A stretch of 64,000 nt of DNA from a virus: IMG/VR virus record IMGVR_UViG_3300020392_000004. One strand, 5' to 3'. The notes beneath the pieces are model-generated. The model had not been told where the DNA came from. It did not search any database and saw nothing but the letters and a program-made list of their open reading frames with translations. Positions 1-10,270 of the stretch are shown here, one piece after another; within the stretch, counting starts at the first letter, position 1, and the number at the start of each line of letters is the position of its first letter. Both the position numbers and the translations under genes were made by a program.

Positions 1-1928
1 GCAGCCACAAAGTTGAGAGTGATAAAGTTAATACTTCTAGCAGGTTTCACAAAGATAGAACAAACAAATTCGTTTCTATCTATAACTGTATCAGTGTTGT
101 TAGTTTCATCACATAATACAGCGAAGTCTACTAGACCCCTTCTGTTCTTAACATCTCTTAAGAAAGGTTCTACTGCAGCTCTAAACTGTGCTCTTGTGAA
201 TGCATCGTTGAATTCAAAGAGTTGTGCTTTTGCAGCTGTTGAGATTGCCTTTTCTAATACGATGAACAACCTTCTGACATTGATTCTATCAAATGCTGAA
301 GGTGTCGATAATGCAGTTTTGTCTCCGAAAAGAACTGTTCCTTGGCCTGGGAATGTGACGATTGGGTTAATTCTTGCACTGTATAAGTCGTCTCTAGACG
401 ATTGCGATGGGTTGAATGCAAGTTTTGTTATACCCAAGTATTGACCTCTTGAGAATCCTGCTGGTGAGAACCATGGGTCTCTTAATAGGTCACTTCTAGC
501 CATAATCCCTGCTGTGTGTCCATTGCCTGGCACCCAACAGAATCTATCGTTATATCTGTCATATTGATAGACCCAACCTGAATCTAACACTGCATATGAA
601 CTTGATGTCACACTCGCGTAGTCTGCAATCACATTTACTGATTGTGCTGACTCTGATGCAACATTTACGACTGATACTTTTTTAGGTGAAGCAACAACCA
701 TACAGTCTTTTCGACTTTCTGCTATTTGTATAAGTTGATTTACGATAGTGTTGTGGTCTGCCTCATTTGCATTGTCTGTTCTAGTTGAACCTACAATTAA
801 GAATGAAACATCTTGTGTCTCACTATCTCCGAATAGGTCTACATATGCACCGAACTTCTGACCCGCTGTGTGTTGACTTCCGTCAGCACCGTCTGCAAGT
901 GAAGTATTAATTGGTGCAGAAGGTCTACCGAAAGCACTTGACCCTGAAGCAGCGTGTGTTGTCACACTATTTGCAGCTGCATGAGTCGAGGTGCTATGAC
1001 CTGTCCACCAAACCCAATCGGATTGATTATTAATTACTTGTTTGTAATAGTTAGACGCACCTTGTGAATCTTTTGCGTCTGAAGCACATGAAACAAATCC
1101 GTATGTTTCCATAACTTCGTGTTGTTTACCTGTGATTGCACCGTCTTCGTCTACGACTACTACATGAATTTCGTCTGCACTTCCTGAAGCAGCTGATGCT
1201 GATACAGATGTGCCTGGAGCTTTTTCAAATTGATTGAAGAACTCCCAATATCTGTGAACTTGAGCTCCCGAAGATAATGCTTCTACGAGACCTGTTCCTG
1301 CTGGTTTGTTTAAAGCTTCGATGGTTATAGTTCCTGTTGCAGTAGCAGTCACTCTATATTCCTGAACATTAGTTCCAAATCTGACAATGTCTCTTACTTG
1401 GAATCCTGCTTCGGAAGTGACTGATATTACTGTCTGACCCACAGCTTCGTTTGCATCTAAAGTAGTCACATTGTCATTGAAATATGCATCAGATGATGCA
1501 CAAACACTGACTTTTAGTGAATTACCTAGTGCGCCTGGGTATTTTGCAGTCCATGAACCTACAGTGCCTGCAGCTCCACCATTCTCAAATCCTGATTGGT
1601 AAGCATCTAGGTTTTTGATAACTGCATCGCTATCATTACCTGAATTTGCATTATAGGTTGTTGCACTTGCAACACGAACAACTTTGAGTGATGAACCATA
1701 TCTTAAGAAACTCTCTGCAGCATAGAAATCCTCGGCACCTGCGTCTGTGTCAGCAGGTGTGTAGAATGTATCTACTAAATCGACAGCATCTGAAACCGAT
1801 ACTACTTCATCAACAGGGCCCCATCGAAATGCACCCGCGAATGCTCCAGTGACACTGGAAACTGCAGGCACAACATTTGTCAAGTCTATTTCTTTGACCT
1901 GAACGCCTGGTGATACTTGAAATGCCAT
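1..1928 (-). CDS. gp18: Tail sheath protein (T4 gp18-like), 3' end runs off the window
   Basis: Missing from the ORF track; manual translation from ATG at 1928 gives MAFQVSPGVQVKEIDLTNVVPAVSSVTGAFAGAFRWGPVDEV... and the window edge reads ...VKPARSINFITLNFVA, both typical gp18 motifs; follows gp17, late promoter upstream. Confidence 0.96.
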   Translation of the reverse strand, partial: MAFQVSPGVQVKEIDLTNVVPAVSSVTGAFAGAFRWGPVDEVVSVSDAVDLVDTFYTPADTDAGAEDFYAAESFLRYGSSLKVVRVASATTYNANSGNDSDAVIKNLDAYQSGFENGGAAGTVGSWTAKYPGALGNSLKVSVCASSDAYFNDNVTTLDANEAVGQTVISVTSEAGFQVRDIVRFGTNVQEYRVTATATGTITIEALNKPAGTGLVEALSSGAQVHRYWEFFNQFEKAPGTSVSASAASGSADEIHVVVVDEDGAITGKQHEVMETYGFVSCASDAKDSQGASNYYKQVINNQSDWVWWTGHSTSTHAAANSVTTHAASGSSAFGRPSAPINTSLADGADGSQHTAGQKFGAYVDLFGDSETQDVSFLIVGSTRTDNANEADHNTIVNQLIQIAESRKDCMVVASPKKVSVVNVASESAQSVNVIADYASVTSSSYAVLDSGWVYQYDRYNDRFCWVPGNGHTAGIMARSDLLRDPWFSPAGFSRGQYLGITKLAFNPSQSSRDDLYSARINPIVTFPGQGTVLFGDKTALSTPSAFDRINVRRLFIVLEKAISTAAKAQLFEFNDAFTRAQFRAAVEPFLRDVKNRRGLVDFAVLCDETNNTDTVIDRNEFVCSIFVKPARSINFITLNFVA

Positions 1929-1966
1929 ACTTTTCTCCTGTTAATGTAAAAAGTTGTTTACTGTTT

Positions 1967-1974
1967 TATTTATA
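1967..1974 (-). promoter_or_regulatory. T4-type late promoter TATAAATA for gp18
   Basis: tatttata on + strand, in the gp17-gp18 intergenic gap. Confidence 0.85.
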
Positions 1975-1993
1975 ACTAAACCTTCCCTAACAA

Positions 1994-3598
1994 TTACCAT
2001 TTAATCTCCACATCATTAGAATTAGAGAACCAACGGTCACCTTCATCGTCTACGAAAGTGGTCTCTTCGGGTTTTTGACCCCCGAATACTCCTGCTGGAA
2101 GTAAATCGTCTTCTATCATCTTCTGTTGTTCTGCATATAACAGGTCTTTCACCTGTGTATCTGTTAAATGATAGAAGTAATCAGTTGTTATAAACCATGA
2201 AAATAATACTAGATTCATTACCATATCGTCATGATATCCTCTGTCTGCTTCAAATGAATTACCCTTATTGACAAATGTCATTAGCTCTGTTATAGTAGGT
2301 CGGTCTATTACAGATAGACGGTCTTCCTCTAATAGTTCTTTTAGAGTAGAACACCCAATTCTCTTAATTTTTTTGTTGACCGATATCCCTATATCTTCTG
2401 ATTTTAACTGTCCTTGAGTAAAAACATTTGGATACTCAATATCATAATGCAATTGTGTTGCAACAATTCCACCCTCTGCATTATTTTCTATAATTACAAG
2501 AGCCTCGTTAAAAGGTCTTGCATATTTATTTATAATATCAGGAAACAGCATGGGACTTATCATGTCGTCTCTGAATGTGCAAACTTGTCTGAATGGTTTT
2601 GTTGTGACATCAAAAATACTAAATGTAGAGAAGTCCATACCTCTTCCTTTTGCAACATCAACTGTGCAAACATAATTATGACCCTCTACTGGTTTCTCAT
2701 ATAGACTTACATTGTCTTTTGACCATTCGGGGTCTACTGCTCTCATTCCTAATAAAGTATTAGAATTAATTAATGTATTACCAGTTCCAAGGAAACTATT
2801 ACCATACTCTTGTTCAAATTGTGCCTCTGATGTGTTTGCAATGGTCATTTCCTTCCATTCTTTATCACGGCCCGGCACATCATACCAGTTTATTATAAAA
2901 CTCTTGTATTCGGACTGCTCGTGGACAGCACTCTCATATATTTTATGGAACATATTACCCACACCATTTGCAGTTGAGGTTATAATAACCTTTGAATCTT
3001 TACCCGAGGTAATAACGGGATATGTTGCAGTATAGAATGTCTCTGCATCGTCCACGAATGCAAACTCGTCCAAGTATAGTAAATTGATTGACATACCACG
3101 AATTGAACTTGAACTTGTTGCAGCTGCAACTACTTTTGAATCATTTGAAAATTCTATAGAACCTTTGTTGAGAATCTTAACGCCTGGCTGTAAAAAGAAT
3201 GGAACAGACTCTAACATGGTCACGATTCTTGCAATCATTTCTCTTGCAATTGCACCTTTGTTTGCAAGAACAGCTACAGTGACTTCGGGGTGAAACAATA
3301 AGAACCATAATAGATATGCACACGAGGTTATTGATTTACCACTCTGTCTACTTGCAAGAACTACATTAAATCTATTTTTATCATAGAAGTTTATAAGGTC
3401 TTCTTGATAACCGCGAAGTTTAAATGGAACCATACCTTCATCAAGAGATATAATCTGTGTATAATTCTCTATGAAATGTGCTGGGTCTTTGGAACATTTA
3501 AGATACTCCTCCATTTGTTCAGAGGTATAAGCAGTATCAACACCAGCTCTCTTAATGAGTGTGTTTCCTAGATATCCTTCATTAGTCGGTTTAACCAT
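1994..3598 (-). CDS. gp17: Terminase large subunit
   Basis: Walker A-like ASRQSGKS, Walker B LLYLDEFAF, STANG coupling motif, nuclease motifs VDVAKGRG and HDDMVM. Confidence 0.97.
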   Translation of the reverse strand: MVKPTNEGYLGNTLIKRAGVDTAYTSEQMEEYLKCSKDPAHFIENYTQIISLDEGMVPFKLRGYQEDLINFYDKNRFNVVLASRQSGKSITSCAYLLWFLLFHPEVTVAVLANKGAIAREMIARIVTMLESVPFFLQPGVKILNKGSIEFSNDSKVVAAATSSSSIRGMSINLLYLDEFAFVDDAETFYTATYPVITSGKDSKVIITSTANGVGNMFHKIYESAVHEQSEYKSFIINWYDVPGRDKEWKEMTIANTSEAQFEQEYGNSFLGTGNTLINSNTLLGMRAVDPEWSKDNVSLYEKPVEGHNYVCTVDVAKGRGMDFSTFSIFDVTTKPFRQVCTFRDDMISPMLFPDIINKYARPFNEALVIIENNAEGGIVATQLHYDIEYPNVFTQGQLKSEDIGISVNKKIKRIGCSTLKELLEEDRLSVIDRPTITELMTFVNKGNSFEADRGYHDDMVMNLVLFSWFITTDYFYHLTDTQVKDLLYAEQQKMIEDDLLPAGVFGGQKPEETTFVDDEGDRWFSNSNDVEIKW

Positions 3599-4485
3599 TA
3601 ATAAAGATTCCCATATGAATATTGATTAGGACTATCATTCCATTCATTATGGAAGTCCCAATAATTATGTAAACACCAGTGTGTAGGTTCTCTAAAATTA
3701 CTAAACAAATACTTGTTATCAAATCCTACTTCCCAACCACAACAGTTGTCACTGTAGAATTCATATTCTAATCCACCGTAAAAGTCTCCATCGTAAATAA
3801 GTTTCATATCTGCTATGTTATCTCTAGAGTCGAACCACCTTTGTCCAGTATATCTTGAACCCATACCTTCTATTATAGGTTCCATTAGTTTTAAAAACTC
3901 TGCTGTATAAGGTTCTATCACGCCACCATCGTCTGTCATAATTTTCTTTTCTTCTTTTAATTTGATATCATACAGTTTGACTGTGTTCGGATATAATTTA
4001 TCGTAGACACCTCTGTCTTTAGCAGCGTCACATAGGTCTATCAATCCTTCTTGATATACATTGTTTCCAATCATTTCATGGATATAGATATCTGCTTCAG
4101 GCCATTCAATATCTAAAAAGTCTCCTTGAATTACTTGCCACTGTGGCATTCTTCCTTTCAAATAAACAATAGGGTGAAATTGTGCATCAACTCCGATACA
4201 CTTTTTTGCACCAAAAAAATCTGCAAGAAATAACAATGCACCAGGCCCACAACCTAAATCACATACAACTTTACCTTCTGCATTTGCAGCTAAAAAATCT
4301 GCATATGCTTTTTGTCTCTGTGAATCTCTAATCATTCTCCAATATCCACCTGCTCTTTTACTCATGGTTTCAACTGCAAGAAACCACGCAGGGTGTGATT
4401 CGTCCACATGTGCTGGTGCAATCGGGCACTTATCGTTTTCTACTTCTTGTCTTAATCTTTGTAAGTGTTGTTCACGGTTATTCAT
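3598..4485 (-). CDS. SAM-dependent methyltransferase with protein-arginine methyltransferase (PRMT) signature motifs
   Basis: MIRDSQR (MxxDxxR), motif I VCDLGCGPG, post-I CIGVD, double-E loop EMIGNNVYQE, LYP, C-terminal PTHW. Confidence 0.8.
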   Translation of the reverse strand: MNNREQHLQRLRQEVENDKCPIAPAHVDESHPAWFLAVETMSKRAGGYWRMIRDSQRQKAYADFLAANAEGKVVCDLGCGPGALLFLADFFGAKKCIGVDAQFHPIVYLKGRMPQWQVIQGDFLDIEWPEADIYIHEMIGNNVYQEGLIDLCDAAKDRGVYDKLYPNTVKLYDIKLKEEKKIMTDDGGVIEPYTAEFLKLMEPIIEGMGSRYTGQRWFDSRDNIADMKLIYDGDFYGGLEYEFYSDNCCGWEVGFDNKYLFSNFREPTHWCLHNYWDFHNEWNDSPNQYSYGNLY

Positions 4486-4876
4486 CTTTATTTTTCTTCA
4501 AGAACTTTTGCAACTCACTTGTCGAACCGACATATAAATGGTTGTGTTGAGTCTTGATAGAACTATCCTCTTTCTCTAAATCCTTTAATTTTTTCTGTAT
4601 GTCAATAAGTTTCTCTGCCGTCTCTGAAACGGTTTTTATCAATTGACCAGCAACCTCATATGCACGAGGGTGTTCTGTTTCTTTGGATAGTTCTAATATG
4701 CCGTCTATGGCGTCTTGTCCTCGTTCTACGAGGTCGTAGAGGTTCTCACGGGCATATTTGTAGTCAGTTTCAATGTTCTCTGTCCTAGCAGGAACTTTGA
4801 CTAACTTGGTTTCTTGTTTGATATCAGAATTGATATCTAGAAGATTATCTAATGTTTTATCTATTTCCTTTGTCAT
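4478..4876 (-). CDS. gp16: Terminase small subunit
   Basis: DYKYARENLY...HPRAYEVAGQLIK...YVGSTSELQKFLK typical of marine T4-like gp16; position between gp15 and gp17. Confidence 0.92.
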   Translation of the reverse strand: MTKEIDKTLDNLLDINSDIKQETKLVKVPARTENIETDYKYARENLYDLVERGQDAIDGILELSKETEHPRAYEVAGQLIKTVSETAEKLIDIQKKLKDLEKEDSSIKTQHNHLYVGSTSELQKFLKKNKDE

Positions 4877-4878
4877 AA

Positions 4879-5931
4879 TTAACCGTCACTGGTTCTATCC
4901 TCTGAATATGTAGAAGTAGCTCCTTCATCATAAAAAGTCACTGTCTCTGCAACAACAAATGTGTCGTTTGGTTGAACTGAACCAACAAATTTCAGTTTTG
5001 TTCCAGCAGATATAGTAATTGGATTATTCAATACAATTGATAAATTATCAGATGCAATGGACGAAATAGTTGGGTTTGTTGTTAAATTAGTTCCAAACAC
5101 TTCGTCTCCAACTCCTATCTTACTATTTATTGCACTAGTAAATGACACTGTTGCACTGTTAGATACTGCATTATTTGTAGTTTCTGCAAACGCAGGTTCA
5201 TAGTGTTTAACTTCTTTGACTAATCCACTTCCCTCTATCTGTGAAGTTGTGAATCCTGCTTGTAGGTCTGTATTAATATAATCTCTTTCGATAACATTTT
5301 TAATAACCTCACCTGTATATACAGGGCCAAAGAAATAAGTTTTCATAGTAAACTCTAAAGAATATTCTAATACTCTTCTTTCTTCAAATGTTCCCTCGTA
5401 TTGGTCTTCCATTGATACACTATTCAATGTAATAGGAACATCTCTAGTTTCTGACATTGAATCAACCAACTTCATAGTCACCGTATACTCGGGTTGAAAA
5501 TATGGTAGTATTTGTTCTACTATTTGAATTGCATCTATAACATTTTTTGCAAGTATTGATAATGTGAATGTTAAGTTATACGGAGCTGGTTGATATTGGA
5601 AACCTCTCTTTCCAACATCAGAAGTTTCTAAATTTGTTTTTTGTGTTCTGATTAATTTGTTTTGTTGTCTAGTTGAATCGTATTCTAATCCAGTCATTTC
5701 AAAAGCCATACGAGGTAAAGATATAGAAGTCACACTTCCGTCTCTTGCTTTCAAGTCGTCTTGCAATCTCAATAGAAACTTTTGTTTAGGCCCGTATGAT
5801 ATAGGAACTAGGTTTTTAGATAAAACAGTTCCGTCTGATTGTATCTTACTGGTGTATATCTGATTAAATAAAGTTCCGAATACTGAAATCGACCTTTTTA
5901 TAGTTTCATTGTAAAAGAAAGTTCCAAACAT
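4879..5931 (-). CDS. gp15: Tail sheath stabiliser / tail terminator
   Basis: MFGTFFYNETIKRSISVFGTLFN, VPISYGPKQKF, LPRMAFE, QIVEQILPYFQP motifs. Confidence 0.93.
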   Translation of the reverse strand: MFGTFFYNETIKRSISVFGTLFNQIYTSKIQSDGTVLSKNLVPISYGPKQKFLLRLQDDLKARDGSVTSISLPRMAFEMTGLEYDSTRQQNKLIRTQKTNLETSDVGKRGFQYQPAPYNLTFTLSILAKNVIDAIQIVEQILPYFQPEYTVTMKLVDSMSETRDVPITLNSVSMEDQYEGTFEERRVLEYSLEFTMKTYFFGPVYTGEVIKNVIERDYINTDLQAGFTTSQIEGSGLVKEVKHYEPAFAETTNNAVSNSATVSFTSAINSKIGVGDEVFGTNLTTNPTISSIASDNLSIVLNNPITISAGTKLKFVGSVQPNDTFVVAETVTFYDEGATSTYSEDRTSDG

Positions 5932-6791
5932 TATGGTTCTCCAAATGGATTGATTTCAGATAGGTCAAGATAACTAGTATCCTTATCTTCAAACTCTTTG
6001 TTTTGTGCAGAAGATAAGTTGTTAAATGTTAATACATCTGTAATAGTTTGTATAGTTCTTGAAGTTCCTGATGTCTCACCAATTATTGTATCACCAACTG
6101 ATAGAGTTCTTGTATTGTCTTTGATTGTAAGAACCCTTGTATCTGACCTCCATAGTAATACTTCACCAACAATACTTTCTGTTCCACTGATAGTAGCTTT
6201 CACATTCTCTCCTACTGTATAGTTTCCTGAACCAGTATTCATGGTCATTTCTATTGTATAAGCTTGGTCTGATTCCACCAAGTCTGCAGCTGTTCCAGTA
6301 TCGAAATCCTCTCCACTGTATTCGAACAATGAACATTTTAATTTGAAAACAAATAATTTTCCTAACTGGAAGAAAGGGTCTTGGTCTTCTACAAATCTAA
6401 TTTCAAACATGGAACCTGACAATGGGAAGTATATTAAATCCCCTTCATTAGGTCTTAAGGAAGTTGCAAGGTTTGAATCAAGTGAAACAAATCTTTCCCA
6501 TGTTCTCAAACTGATTATGAAACTTGCTTCTTCTTGAATTTGAACACCAAACTTTGATACTAAATCTCCTTCACCTTCAAATCCTTCTGTATTTTCTAAA
6601 TACATTTCTACAGAATATGCGTCACCGTATCTAGATTGAACATCTTCTGTAAAAATAGTATCTTCTTCTATAATTTCTCTAGGAAGATACAAAACATCAT
6701 GACCATAGAATCGTAAAGATTCAACAACTAAATCTTCATAAAGGTGTTGTTCTGTGTTAACAGAATGGTTAAAATATACATTTGTAGGCAT
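5931..6791 (-). CDS. gp14: Neck protein
   Basis: EQHLYEDLVVESLRFYG, RPNEGDLIYFP, PFFQLGK, C-terminal EINPFGE. Confidence 0.93.
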   Translation of the reverse strand: MPTNVYFNHSVNTEQHLYEDLVVESLRFYGHDVLYLPREIIEEDTIFTEDVQSRYGDAYSVEMYLENTEGFEGEGDLVSKFGVQIQEEASFIISLRTWERFVSLDSNLATSLRPNEGDLIYFPLSGSMFEIRFVEDQDPFFQLGKLFVFKLKCSLFEYSGEDFDTGTAADLVESDQAYTIEMTMNTGSGNYTVGENVKATISGTESIVGEVLLWRSDTRVLTIKDNTRTLSVGDTIIGETSGTSRTIQTITDVLTFNNLSSAQNKEFEDKDTSYLDLSEINPFGEP

Positions 6792-6795
6792 TTAT

Positions 6796-7611
6796 CTATC
6801 CCATTAAATCCATAACTGGAAGTTCATAATTCAGTCTAGATTCTTCTTCTAATTTTGTTATTTCCTCTTGTGCTTGTGATTTCATTTCAGCTGCACTCAA
6901 TGTCACTCCGCCTGGCAATGCAATACCGTCAAATTTAGATAAGTTCTCTGCCCATTGATATTTGACTAATGCAGTTGCATATCGTTTCAACCACATATCA
7001 TTAAAGATATCTGTGAAGTCTGTTGGGTCAATTTTTCTATGACATTCTATGACTATAAATTCACCAGCCGAGAAACTTTCAATATCTGCATCTAGATATA
7101 ACCTATTCATATTTTGTTTATATCTAATAGGAGTTTGACCTGTCAATATCATATCCATCATAGAAATGTGTTGTTGAACCATTTCGTAATGTAATATGTT
7201 TGTTGAGGTTAGGTCGTATAAATCATTCAACCTTAATTGATATCGAAGGTCGAACATGTTTAAATTACTTTTATCGTTGAACGGAAATATTCTATTTACG
7301 GCTAATACAAATTCAGGTAATACAATATAATTTTTTTGTTGTTTGACTATTTGATTATCATAATCATGTGTTCCTGCTGAACTCTCTACAAACTGTTCGT
7401 CTGTTCTCATAGTTGCAAGATTATCTGATGTTAGTTGGTGTTTAAGATAAACACGCATAGAACCGTCATAATGATACTCTTGGAAGTATTGTATTGCTTC
7501 GTCCATTCTATCGTCAAATTGGTCATCGTCAACATTGATTTCTAGAACAGGGGCTCCAAGTTTTCTCTTTATGTATTCTTTAAGTGTTGATTTAGAGTTT
7601 GGTTTTGCCAT
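6796..7611 (-). CDS. gp13: Neck protein
   Basis: LKEYIKRKLGAPVLEINVDDDQ, WLKRYATALVKYQW..NLSKF.GIALPGGVTL. Confidence 0.94.
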   Translation of the reverse strand: MAKPNSKSTLKEYIKRKLGAPVLEINVDDDQFDDRMDEAIQYFQEYHYDGSMRVYLKHQLTSDNLATMRTDEQFVESSAGTHDYDNQIVKQQKNYIVLPEFVLAVNRIFPFNDKSNLNMFDLRYQLRLNDLYDLTSTNILHYEMVQQHISMMDMILTGQTPIRYKQNMNRLYLDADIESFSAGEFIVIECHRKIDPTDFTDIFNDMWLKRYATALVKYQWAENLSKFDGIALPGGVTLSAAEMKSQAQEEITKLEEESRLNYELPVMDLMG

Positions 7612-7636
7612 AATAGTATAATCCTGTTTATACTAC

Positions 7637-7644
7637 TATTTATA
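7637..7644 (-). promoter_or_regulatory. Late promoter TATAAATA for the gp13 operon
   Basis: Exact motif in the intergenic gap upstream of gp13. Confidence 0.85.
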
Positions 7645-7650
7645 CTAATA

Positions 7651-7911
7651 CTACTCTTGGAAATAAGTTTTAGATTGTAAACGGTCTAACTTCTCGTCAA
7701 TTTTGTTTATTGACGCCATTAGTTTGTCAAAATCTGCTTCGATTTGTTCTCTAGTGACATAGTCTTTTGCTATCTCTTCCCTTGTTTTATTAACAAGTAT
7801 ATCGAGTCTTTTCTGTTCTGAAAGGACATTACGGATAAGAAAACCCAATGGCAAAATGATAATTGTCATTATGAGATTCCAAAGAATATAAGGTGATACA
7901 GTGATTTCCAT
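7651..7911 (-). CDS. Small membrane protein with coiled-coil tail (hypothetical)
   Basis: One N-terminal hydrophobic helix followed by a heptad-like charged region. Confidence 0.7.
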   Translation of the reverse strand: MEITVSPYILWNLIMTIIILPLGFLIRNVLSEQKRLDILVNKTREEIAKDYVTREQIEADFDKLMASINKIDEKLDRLQSKTYFQE

Positions 7912-7916
7912 ACACT

Positions 7917-7924
7917 TATTTATG
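7917..7924 (-). promoter_or_regulatory. Late promoter variant CATAAATA, 5 nt before the ATG at 7911
   Basis: tatttatg on + strand; no Shine-Dalgarno between motif and start codon. Confidence 0.65.
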
Positions 7925-7928
7925 AAAA

Positions 7929-8618
7929 TTACTTTGTTAAATTGAATGTTTCGTCTAAATCAAACAAGTTCCAATCTTCATCTATTTGACCTACTTGGTG
8001 ATTTCTCTGATTACCTATGTGATTAGTATTAACATTAAATGAAATAGAGTATCTATCTTTATCAGTTCTATTAGGTTCAACCATATGCATCATGGCACTT
8101 GGAAACATAATTAAACTTCCTGTGACAGGTTTTACTGCATAACTTTCTATACACCTTGCATTTGGTGGGTAATCTGATACAACCTTTGGGTCTGTATTGA
8201 TAGCTAAAAATTGACCTTCGTCTCCTTCTGAATGTATATAAAAAGCTCCACTATACCAACAACCATTGTGTAAGTGAGGTCTATTCCATGCAAGGTGGTC
8301 GTTTATATTTGCCCATGAATTACCTATATCTATCTGAACTTTTCCTCTATCGATACCATGGAATCCTGCTATCTCATTATTTAATATGTCTTTTAAAACT
8401 CTCATCAACTTAATAAATGTAGGGTGATTTTCACAACCGTCATTTGATTGCCAACCAGTATAGGCATTTGATATCTGTCTTCCAACTGGGTCTTTTTTTC
8501 TCATACCATCTATTGCGTCCTTCAACATTCCACAATATTCACTTGTAATCCTACCACTCTCTACAAGGTTTTCCTCATAACAAATAGTTGGAAATAGTAA
8601 TCTAATCCCTTTCTTCAT
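7929..8618 (-). CDS. Putative 2OG-Fe(II) oxygenase (TIGR02466-like)
   Basis: SWANIN...PHLHNGCWYSGAFY...GSLIMFPSAMMHMVEPN...RYSISFN. Confidence 0.85.
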   Translation of the reverse strand: MKKGIRLLFPTICYEENLVESGRITSEYCGMLKDAIDGMRKKDPVGRQISNAYTGWQSNDGCENHPTFIKLMRVLKDILNNEIAGFHGIDRGKVQIDIGNSWANINDHLAWNRPHLHNGCWYSGAFYIHSEGDEGQFLAINTDPKVVSDYPPNARCIESYAVKPVTGSLIMFPSAMMHMVEPNRTDKDRYSISFNVNTNHIGNQRNHQVGQIDEDWNLFDLDETFNLTK

Positions 8619-9546
8619 GTCCGTCCCAGTTTAAGTCTGTCAAACTTCTTTGTTTCTCTTTGAAATCCATTTCTAATTGAACTTCTTCTTTCTTATGCAT
8701 AGGGCATTCGGGTGGAGGATTTTCACCTTCTGCATATAGATTAGCTTTATTAGTTTTAAATCCACCTTTTCTATAACCACCGATATTCAGTCTATCGTCA
8801 ACTGATTTATAAGCACCAGTTTCCATATCTATTAATCCTTGTTTCACTTGCCATTTTTGCATTGATTGTTCTGATATTCCATGGGTATTAAACCAGTCTT
8901 TAGATTCTCCATAAAAATAAGTTGATTTCCATTCGTCTCTTTTATAGGGAACTATTTGTAGTATAGGTGTTCCTTTCGGTATAATAAAAGAATGTTTTAC
9001 TTTAGGATAGAATATAATTTGTGCATTATCCATACCTAAATTAAAAGTATCTGTATCAATTATACCTTGCCATACTGCAAAATATTTATTTTGAAATAAG
9101 AATGGGTCTATGAAAAAAACTGAATAGCCTGGAGGTGTAGTTATGTTCCAAAAGTTTCCCATTTTAAATGCATCTTTTACAGGCCCTTCGTCACCCATAT
9201 ATTCAAATGAATCTTGGAACTGTGCAGCTGGGTGAGTTGGTGACGCTTGCATATTATCACTTCCGTCTAAATGAAATGGGCTAGTGGTCATTCTTTCACT
9301 TTCTTCTGGCCAATCCCAATCAAATCCATTCATAACAGGAATGTCACATGCAGTAATAATATACCAACCAGTTTTTAAATAATCGTCCATGGCTGGACAA
9401 GACCTAACAGTTTGAGCTCCCTCTCCTCTATGGTCAATTCTAATCTTTGCAGTTTTCCACCATTCAGGCATGTATGTTTTTGCAACAACAGGCTTGAATC
9501 TCTGAAAAGCTTCGGGATTATATGTTCTAAATTCAATTGTTGGCAT
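8602..9546 (-). CDS. DUF6065-like hypothetical protein
   Basis: PEWWK, TVRSCPAM.D...GW, W.ITTPPGYS.FF..P, GIIDTD, IPKGTPILQIVP motifs; sits between two oxygenases. Confidence 0.7.
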   Translation of the reverse strand: MPTIEFRTYNPEAFQRFKPVVAKTYMPEWWKTAKIRIDHRGEGAQTVRSCPAMDDYLKTGWYIITACDIPVMNGFDWDWPEESERMTTSPFHLDGSDNMQASPTHPAAQFQDSFEYMGDEGPVKDAFKMGNFWNITTPPGYSVFFIDPFLFQNKYFAVWQGIIDTDTFNLGMDNAQIIFYPKVKHSFIIPKGTPILQIVPYKRDEWKSTYFYGESKDWFNTHGISEQSMQKWQVKQGLIDMETGAYKSVDDRLNIGGYRKGGFKTNKANLYAEGENPPPECPMHKKEEVQLEMDFKEKQRSLTDLNWDGHEERD

Positions 9547-10270
9547 ATCTTTGGTGTTCGTCTAGTAAACGAACTTCGTCTCCTCTTAAAACAATAGACT
9601 TCCTATCTATATATCTTGCGTCTTTAGAGGGTGATTCTGCACCGTGTGGTATTCTTCCGTCAAACATTAAGAGACGATTCGGTTTGAATCCAACTCTTCC
9701 TATTTCATATCTATCCATGAGTTTTCTTGCACCCGTAGGGACATATCTGTCATAAAATCTTAAATCACCACCCCAGTTTTCATTCCAAAAAGTATTAGTG
9801 TAATATAAAAATGATAAATTATAATCGTCTTCCATACTACAATCAGAATGACAACTTCCGTCTAAACCGTGTGTTTGTGAGTTTGTTCCCATGTATTGAA
9901 ATCTTACCCACTCAAAAGCAAAATCAGTTCTAATCTTTCTATCAAACCAATACATTAAATGTGGAGTTCCATATTTGTGTGATTCACATTCTAATTTTAA
10001 GTATCTTCCGTCACCTGCTTCTCTTCCTCTGAAATATGAAGCTCCCCATAATTGGTGATTCGGTAAACCACCTCTACCACCGTCACCTTGAACTTCGTTA
10101 TGTTTTTGCCATGAGGTTCTTTGACTTAAAAAAAGGTCTACTGCTTGATGAAGTGAGGAATCTAGATAATTGTCTATAACATATACCTTATTACCAAGAG
10201 GCAACTCGGTTATATAAAAGGGAGAATCAATATCGATTCTTTCTATAGAGTTATAGGTTTTGCTCGGCAT
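9533..10270 (-). CDS. 2OG-Fe(II) oxygenase, prolyl-4-hydroxylase-like
   Basis: HSD iron-binding motif, LYY.N..W..NWGG.L.F, KPNRLLMFDGRIPH, distal Arg (DRKSIV). Confidence 0.85.
   Translation of the reverse strand: MPSKTYNSIERIDIDSPFYITELPLGNKVYVIDNYLDSSLHQAVDLFLSQRTSWQKHNEVQGDGGRGGLPNHQLWGASYFRGREAGDGRYLKLECESHKYGTPHLMYWFDRKIRTDFAFEWVRFQYMGTNSQTHGLDGSCHSDCSMEDDYNLSFLYYTNTFWNENWGGDLRFYDRYVPTGARKLMDRYEIGRVGFKPNRLLMFDGRIPHGAESPSKDARYIDRKSIVLRGDEVRLLDEHQRYANN

Noticed and set aside
13-444. Plus-strand 143-aa ORF and the many other antisense ORFs in the track
   Set aside because: Shadows of conserved genes on the opposite strand (here gp18), with no recognisable motifs.
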